Shown in pieces: positions 23,771 through 32,000 of a DNA stretch of 32,000 nucleotides (positions are counted from its first letter, which is position 1; each line of letters starts with the position of its first letter). This DNA is from Desulfovibrio ferrophilus (GTDB lineage Bacteria > Desulfobacterota > Desulfovibrionia > Desulfovibrionales > Desulfovibrionaceae), in assembly GCF_003966735.1 (NCBI RefSeq), contig NZ_AP017378.1, forward strand, positions 1,848,905-1,880,904. Direction: 5' to 3'. The position numbers were made by a program, and so were the translations under genes. The notes under the pieces were generated by a model. That model was given only the letters and a program-made list of their open reading frames with translations. It searched no databases and had not been told where the DNA came from.

Positions 23771-25207
23771 ATGCGTGGCGTCGCAAAACTTCGGAAGCAG
23801 GGCCTCTACGCCCTGGCGCTAATGTCGATCCTGTGGGCGCTTACAGCCCATGGTGGGACGACGGCCCCGACGGACTGTGGAGATTGCCATGGCGAACAGG
23901 TCCAGGCTGTCTTCCGCTCGCCTCACTCCACGCTAGCGGGCATCATCAACCAGACCCGCTATCTCTGGGGCGCGCAGGACTCCGTCCTGCCCCACGTCTT
24001 CAGCGCGAACAATGCCCTGCGCCCACTCCCGCAGCCCATCCCAACTCCCCGTTCCCCGGCCATGCTGGTAGACGATTTTTTACGTAGTGAATGCCTGCAC
24101 TGCCACCTCGGCTCCCCGGGCAAGGACGGCAGACGTCCCACAGGCTGCGCCGCCTGCCACAGCCTGGAGGGTACAACGTCTTGCGGCTTGCCGGAAGCAA
24201 CGCCCAAGACGGCAGATGAACACGCCACGCGCGTGGCTGCCGCAGACGACTCGGCCTGCCTGGAATGTCACCAGGAAAACCACGTCGGCGCAGATTTCCA
24301 CGGGGTGTTTCAAGGCGAGATCTACGGAAATCAACGGCAGACCTCACCCGTCATCCAACTCACGCAGGACATCCATGCTAGCCGGGGGCTCGGCTGCCTG
24401 GATTGCCACAGCGGGGCAGAGGTCATGGGGCAAGGCGGACGCGCGCCATCGTGCACCGCCTGCCATGGGGGATATACGGGCGAACCTCCCGACCCCACGC
24501 GGCGAGGCGTTCGCCTCCAGAACGGTACAGCGATGTTCGACGCCCGGGACGGCAGGACTAGGGTTCTTCCCAGGATTTCGACGGATACTGCCGGGCACGA
24601 CGAAATGCTGCATAGTCGCCTGCGTTGCAGCGCCTGCCATGCCCAATGGGCCTTCGGGGAGTACGGCCTGTCCGTGATGCGCCTGGATGCGCCTACGCAC
24701 GACCCGCGCACGGCTCGAGCGTTGAGGAGTCCCCAAAAAAAGACGAGATGGCTGGTGGGATGGCGCTTCCGCCGCTGGGAGCAACTGCCGCTGGGCGTGG
24801 ACGCCAGAGGACGTATCTCGGTCCTACGCCCCAAGAACCAGTACCTCGTCTCCTTCACGAACTCTCTGGGACGGGTCGTGCTTGAGAGCGTGATTCCCCA
24901 GCGCGGAGACTCATCCGGCCCAGGCTGGGCCTTTCTGCCCTATGAGCCGCACACCACAGGGGCAAAGGGCCGGCTGTGCTCATCCTGCCACGAAAACCAG
25001 GAGGCAACAGGCCTCGCCCCAGCGTGGGCCGTCCCGCCTGACCTCGTCCTGTTCGAAGCGACTCCTCCCACGCCCGGAAACGGGCAGTTGTTGACGACGA
25101 AAGACGCCGAACGTTTGCTTCACTCGTCGCAGGACTTCCGCCGCCGATTCGCGGCATATCTCTCAAGGCTGCTGGAGAAGAACAGATGTTGCGTCGAACA
25201 GCCCTAG
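23771..25207 (+). CDS. Periplasmic octahaem cytochrome c
   Basis: Signal peptide MRGVAKLRKQGLYALALMSILWALTAHG. CxxCH x8: CGDCH, CLHCH, CAACH, CLECH, CLDCH, CTACH, CSACH, CSSCH. Confidence 0.8.
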   Translation: MRGVAKLRKQGLYALALMSILWALTAHGGTTAPTDCGDCHGEQVQAVFRSPHSTLAGIINQTRYLWGAQDSVLPHVFSANNALRPLPQPIPTPRSPAMLVDDFLRSECLHCHLGSPGKDGRRPTGCAACHSLEGTTSCGLPEATPKTADEHATRVAAADDSACLECHQENHVGADFHGVFQGEIYGNQRQTSPVIQLTQDIHASRGLGCLDCHSGAEVMGQGGRAPSCTACHGGYTGEPPDPTRRGVRLQNGTAMFDARDGRTRVLPRISTDTAGHDEMLHSRLRCSACHAQWAFGEYGLSVMRLDAPTHDPRTARALRSPQKKTRWLVGWRFRRWEQLPLGVDARGRISVLRPKNQYLVSFTNSLGRVVLESVIPQRGDSSGPGWAFLPYEPHTTGAKGRLCSSCHENQEATGLAPAWAVPPDLVLFEATPPTPGNGQLLTTKDAERLLHSSQDFRRRFAAYLSRLLEKNRCCVEQP

Positions 25208-25581
25208 GATGGATGAAGTCCGCCCTGCACTTGGTCATCGCAGGCCTTGTAGCTTGGCCTGTGCTACGCTTCGTGTCCTGGCGCAGAGCCGGCACCCGCA
25301 GAGTCCGCTTCGGCCCCGAAGAGCAGACGGACCACAGCTATCGGGACGGGGTCTACCTGATCCGCACGGATTCGGGGCTTCTGGCCCTGTCGGCGCGCTG
25401 CACGCATCTATGCTGCACGGTCTGTTGGCAGGAGTCTCGAGGGCAATTCCTTTGTCCCTGCCACGACAGCCGCTACGACGCCCGGGGCAGAAGACTCTCG
25501 GGCCAGGCCCGGGAGGATCTCACTTCCCTGGAAATCCATCATCTGGGCAACGGCAGCATTGAGGTGGAGGCTCCCTTGTAA
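25186..25581 (+). CDS. Rieske [2Fe-2S] protein with an N-terminal membrane anchor
   Basis: CTHLCC ... CPCHDSRY (CxH / CxxH boxes). TM helix ALHLVIAGLVAWPVL. Overlaps the upstream stop. Confidence 0.85.
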   Translation: MLRRTALGWMKSALHLVIAGLVAWPVLRFVSWRRAGTRRVRFGPEEQTDHSYRDGVYLIRTDSGLLALSARCTHLCCTVCWQESRGQFLCPCHDSRYDARGRRLSGQAREDLTSLEIHHLGNGSIEVEAPL

Positions 25582-25596
25582 CCTAGGAGAAGAAGC

Positions 25597-26457
25597 ATGA
25601 GGCACGAACCGCTCAGACAATGCCCGTGTTGGTGGAAACTTTTGTCCGGCCTGTTTCTGCCCTGCCTGATCATCAGTCTAAGCTCCGGTTTAGTCCTCCT
25701 CTTCCAGTACCGCCCCCAGGGCAACGTCTTCCAGAGCGTCGAGCACATCACCACCCTGGTGCCCTATGGATTTTTCTTCAGACGGCTCCACTTCGCCAGT
25801 GGGCAGGCCTGCGCCCTCTTGGCCCTGATCCATGTGACGCATCACCTCGCCAAAGGAGCCTCTGCCCGCACTTCCCTCAGAGTCTGGCTGCGCCTGACCG
25901 GCGGACTGGGCATCTGTTTCCTGCTCCTGCTCACGGGCTTCATTCTCAAGGGCGATCAGGAATCCGTGCTGGCCGGGACCATCCTCAAGAACCTCGCGGG
26001 GGCCGTGCCCCTTGTGGGAGCGTGGCTGGCTCCCTTGGCCGTAGGCGAGGGCCAGTCCTTTTTCCTGCCGCCCTACATCGCCCATTGCTTCATTTTACCC
26101 GTGGCGCTGCTCGCCCTGTTGCATGGGCATCTGCGCTCCTGGCGGCCCGACAACAACACACTGGCCATTGCCGCGCTCCTCCTGGGGGGGTGGACCGTGA
26201 CCGTGCCCCTGGGCCTGCCCGCACCCCCAGGAATGCCCGTGGACGGGGCGTCCGGCCCCTGGTTTTTACTGGGATTGCAGGAACTTTTACGACTCATGCC
26301 CCCCCTCTGGGGTGGCATCATCCTGCCCGGACTATTCTTCGTGCTGGTCGCGGCCCTGCCCATTCTGCGAGGGCGCTGGGCCAAGCCCGCGCACTACGCG
26401 GTGCTGATCTGCGTAGGGTTGTACCTGCTGCTCGAACTGAAACGGGCCTTGGCCTGA
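25597..26457 (+). CDS. Cytochrome b-like membrane subunit
   Basis: 286 aa, polytopic. His pair H...H at i/i+14 (RRLHFASGQACALLALIH) and a second pair in YIAHCFILPVALLALLHGH, as in bc/b6f cytochrome b. Confidence 0.8.
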   Translation: MRHEPLRQCPCWWKLLSGLFLPCLIISLSSGLVLLFQYRPQGNVFQSVEHITTLVPYGFFFRRLHFASGQACALLALIHVTHHLAKGASARTSLRVWLRLTGGLGICFLLLLTGFILKGDQESVLAGTILKNLAGAVPLVGAWLAPLAVGEGQSFFLPPYIAHCFILPVALLALLHGHLRSWRPDNNTLAIAALLLGGWTVTVPLGLPAPPGMPVDGASGPWFLLGLQELLRLMPPLWGGIILPGLFFVLVAALPILRGRWAKPAHYAVLICVGLYLLLELKRALA

Positions 26458-26467
26458 AGGAGGAAAC

Positions 26468-28228
26468 ATGCGGACGCTCATCATCCTGCTTGCCTTTCTC
26501 GTCCTGGCCGCGACCGTGACCCGGCAGGAAAACCATCTGGCCGCCTCCAGAGGCAATCCCCGCGAAGGTTGCATATCCTGCCATATGGCACGCGGAGGGC
26601 TGGGATCTGCAGCCCATGACGCGGTGACCATGGGCTGCTCGTCCTGCCACCTCGGCAACCCCCACGCCTTCGAGGCCGACAGAGCCCACCAAGGCATGGT
26701 GGTCAACCCTGGCGACCTGCGCGTGGCGGCGCAGACCTGCGGCCAGCGGCAATGCCATCCGGCCATGGTCCCTGCGGTCAAGCATTCGGTCATGGCCACG
26801 GCCAGCGGCATCCTGGGAGCCCTGGACTCTCTCTGGGGCATCGATCACGGCCCACGCAACGCAGCCCTGCTCTGGGACCAAGCCCCAACCGTCCGAACGG
26901 CCCCCGAACAGTATTTCGCCAAGCTCTGCGCAGCCTGCCACCTGTGGTGGCCCAAAGGACGCGGGCGAGGAGAACAGACGGCACGGGGCGGGGGGTGTAG
27001 CGCCTGCCACGTGGTCTCCAGTCCCGGAAAAGCTTTCTTGCTCGCGGGTGAATTCGACCATTGCGCACTGTCCATGCAGGTGCCCCTAGATAACTGCGTG
27101 CGCTGCCACAACCGCTCGGCGCGCGTGGGCCTGACCTACCAGGGCCAGTGGGAAGCCAACGGCTACGGCACTCCGCACACGCAAGGAACCCTCAACGCCC
27201 GTCGGCTCTCGGGAGGACGATTCTTCCAGTCCATCCCGCCGGACGCCCATTTCCAGGCGGGGATGGTCTGCATCGACTGTCACACTGGAACCGAACTGAT
27301 GGGCGGGGGCCTGGCCCACCGCCGTCTGCGGGACCAGTTGGACGTGGCCTGCCAGGATTGCCACGCTCCCAGATTCTCATCCGGACGGGACGCCCTGGCC
27401 GAAGCCGCCCGGATGGCGAAATTGAACCCCGCGGTTCCCACCTTCGAGGCACGGGCCGTAGCCACAACCAGCCGCGGGGCCACCCCCCTCTACGCCCTGC
27501 AGCTGTCAACCAGGCCCGGAGACGGTCCGTCGCGACAACCGCAAAACCCGCAGGCCCTGCTCTTTCGTAAACTGGACGGCAAGCCGCTTCTCCTGTCCCT
27601 ACCTGCCAACCCCGCCGAGCATCACGCCTTGCCTGGACATGAACGTCTGACCTGCCAGGCCTGCCACAGTCGGTTCATGCCCCGCTGCTACGGTTGCCAT
27701 GTCCAACTCGATCCCACCGGGCGGCAGTATGATGCCCTGGCGGACGAACACACGTCGGGCAAATGGCAGGAAAGCGCCTCCCACACGCGCTTCGAGGATC
27801 CGCCGCTGGCCGTGGACGCAACAGGGCGGCTGGCCCCGTATTCGCCCTGCGAGGTGCGCGTGGACCTTTGCCCGGAACAAGGCCGGACCCCGATGGCCCC
27901 GGCACGAAACGCCATAGCCTTCTTCGATCCGCATTCCACGGTCCCCCCGGCCAGAACATGCCAGGACTGCCATCTGGCCCTGCTGGGCCCAAGCCTAGAG
28001 GCCCTGGGGAATCCCGCGTGGCAGGCCTTCCCGGACGGCGGCAGGAAACTGAACGCAGACGAACGGCGCGCCGCTGCCGAGGTCACCCCATGCCTGCCCT
28101 GTCATGCCCGTTACGACGACGCCGTATTCAAGGACTTCGCCGCGAGCCGCAAGCGCCTCGCGGTCGGAGCGGCAACGGCCTGCACCGCGCCCCGAACCGC
28201 AATTTCTGTAGCAAGGAAAGGACAATGA
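26468..28228 (+). CDS. Periplasmic multihaem cytochrome c (about 11 CxxCH plus one CxxxxCH)
   Basis: Signal peptide MRTLIILLAFLVLAATV. Motifs CISCH, CSSCH, CGQRQCH, CAACH, CSACH, CVRCH, CIDCH, CQDCH, CQACH, CYGCH, CQDCH, CLPCH. Confidence 0.85.
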   Translation: MRTLIILLAFLVLAATVTRQENHLAASRGNPREGCISCHMARGGLGSAAHDAVTMGCSSCHLGNPHAFEADRAHQGMVVNPGDLRVAAQTCGQRQCHPAMVPAVKHSVMATASGILGALDSLWGIDHGPRNAALLWDQAPTVRTAPEQYFAKLCAACHLWWPKGRGRGEQTARGGGCSACHVVSSPGKAFLLAGEFDHCALSMQVPLDNCVRCHNRSARVGLTYQGQWEANGYGTPHTQGTLNARRLSGGRFFQSIPPDAHFQAGMVCIDCHTGTELMGGGLAHRRLRDQLDVACQDCHAPRFSSGRDALAEAARMAKLNPAVPTFEARAVATTSRGATPLYALQLSTRPGDGPSRQPQNPQALLFRKLDGKPLLLSLPANPAEHHALPGHERLTCQACHSRFMPRCYGCHVQLDPTGRQYDALADEHTSGKWQESASHTRFEDPPLAVDATGRLAPYSPCEVRVDLCPEQGRTPMAPARNAIAFFDPHSTVPPARTCQDCHLALLGPSLEALGNPAWQAFPDGGRKLNADERRAAAEVTPCLPCHARYDDAVFKDFAASRKRLAVGAATACTAPRTAISVARKGQ

Positions 28229-28254
28229 GCGATCGTACTGGGCTGTTCAAGATG

Positions 28255-28278
28255 ACACATTGCAATGTGACAAACTGT
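28255..28278. promoter_or_regulatory. Second copy of the candidate UAS: ACACATTGC-N6-ACAAACTGT
   Basis: 19/24 identical to 18789-18812. It lies 107 nt upstream of the -24 element at 28385. Confidence 0.4.
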
Positions 28279-28384
28279 ACCATTGGAGCGATTGCGCACC
28301 GAGACACAAACGCACACGCCAAATCTGTTATTTTCAAGCAACTGAATTTACGAACCTTTAAAACACAAAGCGTCCCGTTTTCGT

Positions 28385-28400
28385 TGGCATCCTTTCTGCT
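28385..28400 (+). promoter_or_regulatory. Sigma54 (-24/-12) promoter TGGCAT-N5-CTGCT
   Basis: TGGCATCCTTTCTGCT has correct GG/GC spacing. It lies 67 nt upstream of ATG 28466. Confidence 0.5.
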
Positions 28401-28465
28401 TTTGTCTGGATGAACCAGCGGGATGGCCGATCCGCGGGGCCACAAACCAAAAGGCGTGGTGCTCC

Positions 28466-28972
28466 ATGAAAATGTCCAACCTCATACCGACGGAACAATG
28501 GATCGCACTGGAGCAGGAGTTGAACGAACGTTCGGGTTTCAACTGCTGTATCATCGACGAGGTTGGCATCCGAATCACCGCGTACCGCAACTGGGCCAAT
28601 CCGCTGTGCCCCAAAATCAGGAGGGACGCCAAGGGACTCGCCGAGATCTGCGCCCAGGTACCAAGCGCGATCGAGGCTCTCCCCTTAAAACGGAACGAAA
28701 TGCGGCTCACCACCTGCGCGGCCGGACTGCTCGTCATCGCAATGCCGATATTTCTGGGCACGGACTTCGTCGGGTATCTAGGCTGCTGCGGATTACTGCC
28801 CAGCGGAGGGCGGATCGACACACTGAAGGTGGGATTGGCAACGGGCCTGAGCGCACAGAAAATCGAACAGTTGAGCAAGGGAATCGAACGGCTGAACCCC
28901 AAGGAAATCGACGCCGCAGGGGAATACCTGAAGCGCCGCCTTGAGGACATCCTCACCAGGAACAAGAAATAA
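28466..28972 (+). CDS. Stand-alone PocR-type sensory domain protein
   Basis: 168 aa. Pattern ...NPLCPKIRR...ICAQV...TTCAAGLLVIAMPIFLGTDFVGYLGCCG matches the Cys-containing C..C..ChAGL..a.PI core of PocR domains (recognised from memory). Confidence 0.65.
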   Translation: MKMSNLIPTEQWIALEQELNERSGFNCCIIDEVGIRITAYRNWANPLCPKIRRDAKGLAEICAQVPSAIEALPLKRNEMRLTTCAAGLLVIAMPIFLGTDFVGYLGCCGLLPSGGRIDTLKVGLATGLSAQKIEQLSKGIERLNPKEIDAAGEYLKRRLEDILTRNKK

Positions 28973-28984
28973 CGGAGGTGTCCA

Positions 28985-30235
28985 ATGAACTCGGTAACGG
29001 TGGATAACTCACTGTCTCCGCATGGCGGTCAGCTCGTGGACAGGATAATCACCGACAAACAGCTTGCAACGACGATGGCAGGTGAATGCCAAGGCACGCT
29101 GCGCCTCAAGGGAAAGACTGCCCGTGAAATCGTCAATATCGCCTACGGGGTGTTCTCTCCTCTGGAAGGCTTCATGACCAAGGAGCAGTTGGACAGTGTC
29201 CTCACCACCATGATGCTGCCCAACGGCTACGTCTGGTCGCTGCCCATTCTCTACGATATCAGCGAGGAAAACTGCAGGGAAATGGCGATTGAGGTGGGGC
29301 ACAAGCTCCTGCTCGAATACCACAACGTCCCCTTTGCGGTGCTGGAGGTCGAGGACATTTATTCCTATGACAAGGACTACATGGCCAACCAGATTTACAG
29401 CGCCGAAAACGTGGACCACCCTGGCATCAAGCTGATCCATTCCCTCGAGGACTGGTTCCTGGGCGGCAAGGTGACCATGATCAATCCCCCCATCTTCCAA
29501 GATCCGTACGACAGGTACTTCTACACGCCCAAGCAGCTACGCGAGAAGTTCAAGCGGCGCCGCTGGAAGCGGGTGGTGGCCTTCCACACCACCGACGTGC
29601 CGCATACAGGGCACGAATGGATGATGAAGATGGCTTGGTTCCAGCACAGGGCCAGGGGCATCATGGTCAGTTGCGCGGTGGGCGACAAGAGCATCGGGGA
29701 TTGCATCGACGAAAACGTGCTCCTGGGCCACCACGAACTGCAGAAGTCGGGCTACTTCCAGGAAAGCGTCCACCTGACCACCATGCTGCTCTGGGACCGC
29801 CGCTACGCCGGCGCCAAGGAGGCGGTGTTACACGCCATCATGCGCAAAAACATGGGTTGCACCGGCCACATCTTCGGCAAGAACCACGCGCATCCACAGG
29901 GCTTCGGCGACACCTACGCCGCCCACTTCGCCTTCAAGGACCTTCCCGACCTGGGCCTGGAATCCATCCTGTCCAAGGAATGGTTCTACTGCAGCCACTG
30001 CCAGGGCGTGACCTATACGGGGTTCTGCGCGCACCCGGACAAGGTGGACCTGCTGGAATCCAAGAGCGTCTGCAGTCTGCTCTCCACCGGAATCCGGCCC
30101 ACGGACAACCTGTTGCGCCCCGAGGTATTCGACGTAATCGTCGGAGCTGCCGACAAATACGGCTTTGGGGATGGCTACGTCACGGAAGACTACCTGCGCC
30201 GGCGCAGCCCGATCTTCACGCTGGCGAAGTTCTGA
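28985..30235 (+). CDS. Sulfate adenylyltransferase (ATP sulfurylase)-like protein with divergent active-site motifs
   Basis: SPHGGQLVDR N-terminus, RRYAGAKEAVLHAIMRKNMGCTGHIFG core and 416 aa fit the Sat family. However, the canonical QTRNPxHRxH reads HTTDVPHTGH (res 201-210) and GRDHAG reads GKNHAH (298-303). Confidence 0.75.
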   Translation: MNSVTVDNSLSPHGGQLVDRIITDKQLATTMAGECQGTLRLKGKTAREIVNIAYGVFSPLEGFMTKEQLDSVLTTMMLPNGYVWSLPILYDISEENCREMAIEVGHKLLLEYHNVPFAVLEVEDIYSYDKDYMANQIYSAENVDHPGIKLIHSLEDWFLGGKVTMINPPIFQDPYDRYFYTPKQLREKFKRRRWKRVVAFHTTDVPHTGHEWMMKMAWFQHRARGIMVSCAVGDKSIGDCIDENVLLGHHELQKSGYFQESVHLTTMLLWDRRYAGAKEAVLHAIMRKNMGCTGHIFGKNHAHPQGFGDTYAAHFAFKDLPDLGLESILSKEWFYCSHCQGVTYTGFCAHPDKVDLLESKSVCSLLSTGIRPTDNLLRPEVFDVIVGAADKYGFGDGYVTEDYLRRRSPIFTLAKF

Positions 30236-30323
30236 TTCCGGCGAAATCCCGGCGGCGGCCCCCAGGTGCGGAGCCGCCGCCACCGCCCTTGGTTCTCGTA
30301 TCGTAAGAGGAGGCCAGTCCCCC

Positions 30324-31958
30324 ATGCAAATGAAGGATCTGATTTCATCCGACAAATGGAAGAAGTTCGGCGCCGACTTCAACGACCATTCGGGAATGAC
30401 CGCCTATGCCTATGACGCGGCGGGTGATCACGTGATCGAAAAACGAAGATGGGCGAACCAGCTCTGTCCGATCATCCGCGGCGGGGAGCCTCACAGGGAA
30501 GAAAGCGTCTGCGCTAAATCCCACAAGGCCATGGCCGAGTTGGTCCGCAAGGAGGGAAAGATCATCGTCGGCACCTGCCAGGCCGGCCTGCTCAACATCG
30601 CGTTGCCCGTGTTCGTGGGCAACGATTTCGCCGGAATCGTCGGCGGGTGCGGCCTGCTCCCCCCCAAAGGGGAGGTCGATGCCGACGTGGTCAACGCGAT
30701 CACGGGGATGGAGAAAAACGCGGCCACGACCTTGGGGCAGAACATTCGCCGCCTGTCCCCCGAGGAGATTGAAACCCAGGTCCGCTACCTTGAGGACCGC
30801 GTCCTAGACATCGTTGCCCGATACAAGGAAGGCTACCGCAAAACCAAGACGCGCACCTTCAAGAGCCTGATCCGGGATGTCCAGCGCAAGGGCCGCTGCC
30901 ACCAGTGCGGCGCCTGCGTGACCTTCTGCACGGCCATGAACTACGGTGCGCTAGAACTCTCGGAGACCGGACGCCCCATGTTCCGGGATCCCAACAAGTG
31001 CATCGAATGCGGAGTCTGCTACATGATCTGCCCGGCGGTGGACGACCTGAACGAGATGCTCAAGGCCAAGGTGGGCTGGCAGCCACCCCTAGGCCGGACC
31101 GAGCAAATCGGCGTATTCAGAGCGCGGGACGAAGCACTTCGCACACGCGCCACGGACGGGGGCACGGTGACCGCCATCCTCTCCCACCTCTTCGAAGAAA
31201 AGCTCATCGACGGCGCGGCGGTAACGCGACAGGCCGGCCCGTTCAAACGCATCCCCTGGCTGGCTACGGATGCCGACCAAGTCATCGAATCCGCGGGCTC
31301 TAGCTTCGACTTTTCTGTCAGCGGAGCCATCTCCCTCTATGCTCAGGACTATTCGACCTATTCACCTTCCATGCGCATGCTTGGCCCTGCCACACACAAG
31401 GGGCTGTCCAATGTTGCCGTGGTGGGCACACCCTGCCAGATCAACGCGGTGCGCAAGATGGAAACCTTGGGGGTAGTGCCTTCGCAATCGGTTTACTGCC
31501 TGTTGGGATTGTTCTGCTCCGGCGGCTATGTCTTCGGCGACAAACGCAGGGAGAAGATCGAACGCATCGGAAACTTCTCCTGGGAAGAAGTCGACAAGAT
31601 CAACATCAGAGACCGCTTCCTGGTTCGCCTGAAGAACGGCGAGCAACTCTCCCTGCGCCTCGACGAACTGGACTTCGTTAAGCGCAAGGCCTGCCGGTAT
31701 TGCGATGACTACACCTCCGAGTTCGCCGATCTATCCTTTGGCGGCATCGGCGCCCCGGAAGGCTGGACGACGGTCATCGCACGCACGGCCAAGGGCGTAA
31801 AGATTCTCGAGGAGGCCAAGGAGACCGTGCTCGAACAGTACGACGAAGCGCCGGACGCTGAACGGATGATCACCTTACGGGAGGTCATCGAATGGCATTC
31901 CGCGGCCAAAAAGGAATCCGCTGCGCAGCAGTTGGTCAAGCTCCCCAATGGTCGCTAG
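30324..31958 (+). CDS. Fusion protein: PocR-type sensory domain + 2x[4Fe-4S] ferredoxin + FrhB/FdhB-family (F420 hydrogenase/dehydrogenase beta-like) flavoprotein
   Basis: The N-terminus parallels the 28466 protein (NQLCPIIRG...GTCQAGLLNIALPVFVGNDFAGIVGGCG). Ferredoxin motifs are CHQCGACVTFC and CIECGVCYMICP. FrhB motifs are GGTVTAILSHL, VVGTPCQINAVRK, LGLFCSGG and CRYCDDYTSEFADLSFGGIG. Start at ATG 30324 with an AAGAGGAGG RBS. Confidence 0.8.
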   Translation: MQMKDLISSDKWKKFGADFNDHSGMTAYAYDAAGDHVIEKRRWANQLCPIIRGGEPHREESVCAKSHKAMAELVRKEGKIIVGTCQAGLLNIALPVFVGNDFAGIVGGCGLLPPKGEVDADVVNAITGMEKNAATTLGQNIRRLSPEEIETQVRYLEDRVLDIVARYKEGYRKTKTRTFKSLIRDVQRKGRCHQCGACVTFCTAMNYGALELSETGRPMFRDPNKCIECGVCYMICPAVDDLNEMLKAKVGWQPPLGRTEQIGVFRARDEALRTRATDGGTVTAILSHLFEEKLIDGAAVTRQAGPFKRIPWLATDADQVIESAGSSFDFSVSGAISLYAQDYSTYSPSMRMLGPATHKGLSNVAVVGTPCQINAVRKMETLGVVPSQSVYCLLGLFCSGGYVFGDKRREKIERIGNFSWEEVDKINIRDRFLVRLKNGEQLSLRLDELDFVKRKACRYCDDYTSEFADLSFGGIGAPEGWTTVIARTAKGVKILEEAKETVLEQYDEAPDAERMITLREVIEWHSAAKKESAAQQLVKLPNGR

Positions 31959-32000
31959 AGGCGACGCTCAGCGTTCACTTGGCTCTACTCCCATGACGTG

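Noticed and set aside
30251-30281. GC-rich hairpin GGCGGCGGC-N13-GCCGCCGCC between the Sat-like gene and the PocR-FrhB gene, as a terminator
   Set aside because: No U-tract follows, and the next gene starts 43 nt later with a strong RBS. It may be an mRNA-stability or attenuation element, but that cannot be supported from the sequence alone.

Overview
GC-rich bacterial window (hand counts on sampled 60-nt lines give about 67% G+C in the flanks) with two distinct halves. (A) nt 1 to about 15300 is a minus-strand lambda-like prophage segment. In transcription order it carries an SF3 (D5/P4-type) helicase, a zinc-ribbon primase, a putative small terminase, a GpA-type large terminase, gpW, a lambda-type portal, an S49 head protease, a decoration protein and a gpE-type major capsid protein. 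Its right edge is marked by a 3' fragment of tRNA-Arg(UCU) plus an intact terminator, which looks like an att scar. The normally tight terminase/gpW junction is split by a roughly 3.7 kb low-GC island (27-32% on sampled lines). The island encodes a small HTH protein, a membrane-anchored pentapeptide-repeat protein and an 802-aa NACHT/STAND NTPase that also carries pentapeptide repeats. This is my top candidate for an undescribed prophage-borne anti-phage system. (B) nt 15.8-32 kb is a sulfur/electron-transfer locus. It starts with a multi-PAS sigma54 enhancer-binding protein, followed by two sigma54 promoters that share a 24-nt upstream inverted repeat at the same spacing. The structural genes are: a roughly 11-haem cytochrome c interrupted by an in-frame TGA with a SECIS-like hairpin (possible selenocysteine), a periplasmic rhodanese, a secreted protein ending in Cys, and a YeeE/YedE-TusA-DsrE-like set plus two small conserved genes (the 'YTD'-type cluster). 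These are followed by an octahaem cytochrome, Rieske plus cytochrome b, a roughly 12-haem cytochrome, a stand-alone PocR domain, a Sat-like protein with non-canonical active-site motifs and a PocR-FrhB fusion. No CRISPR array, rRNA, integrase or transposase was seen. All family assignments come from motif recognition by eye; no database search was run.
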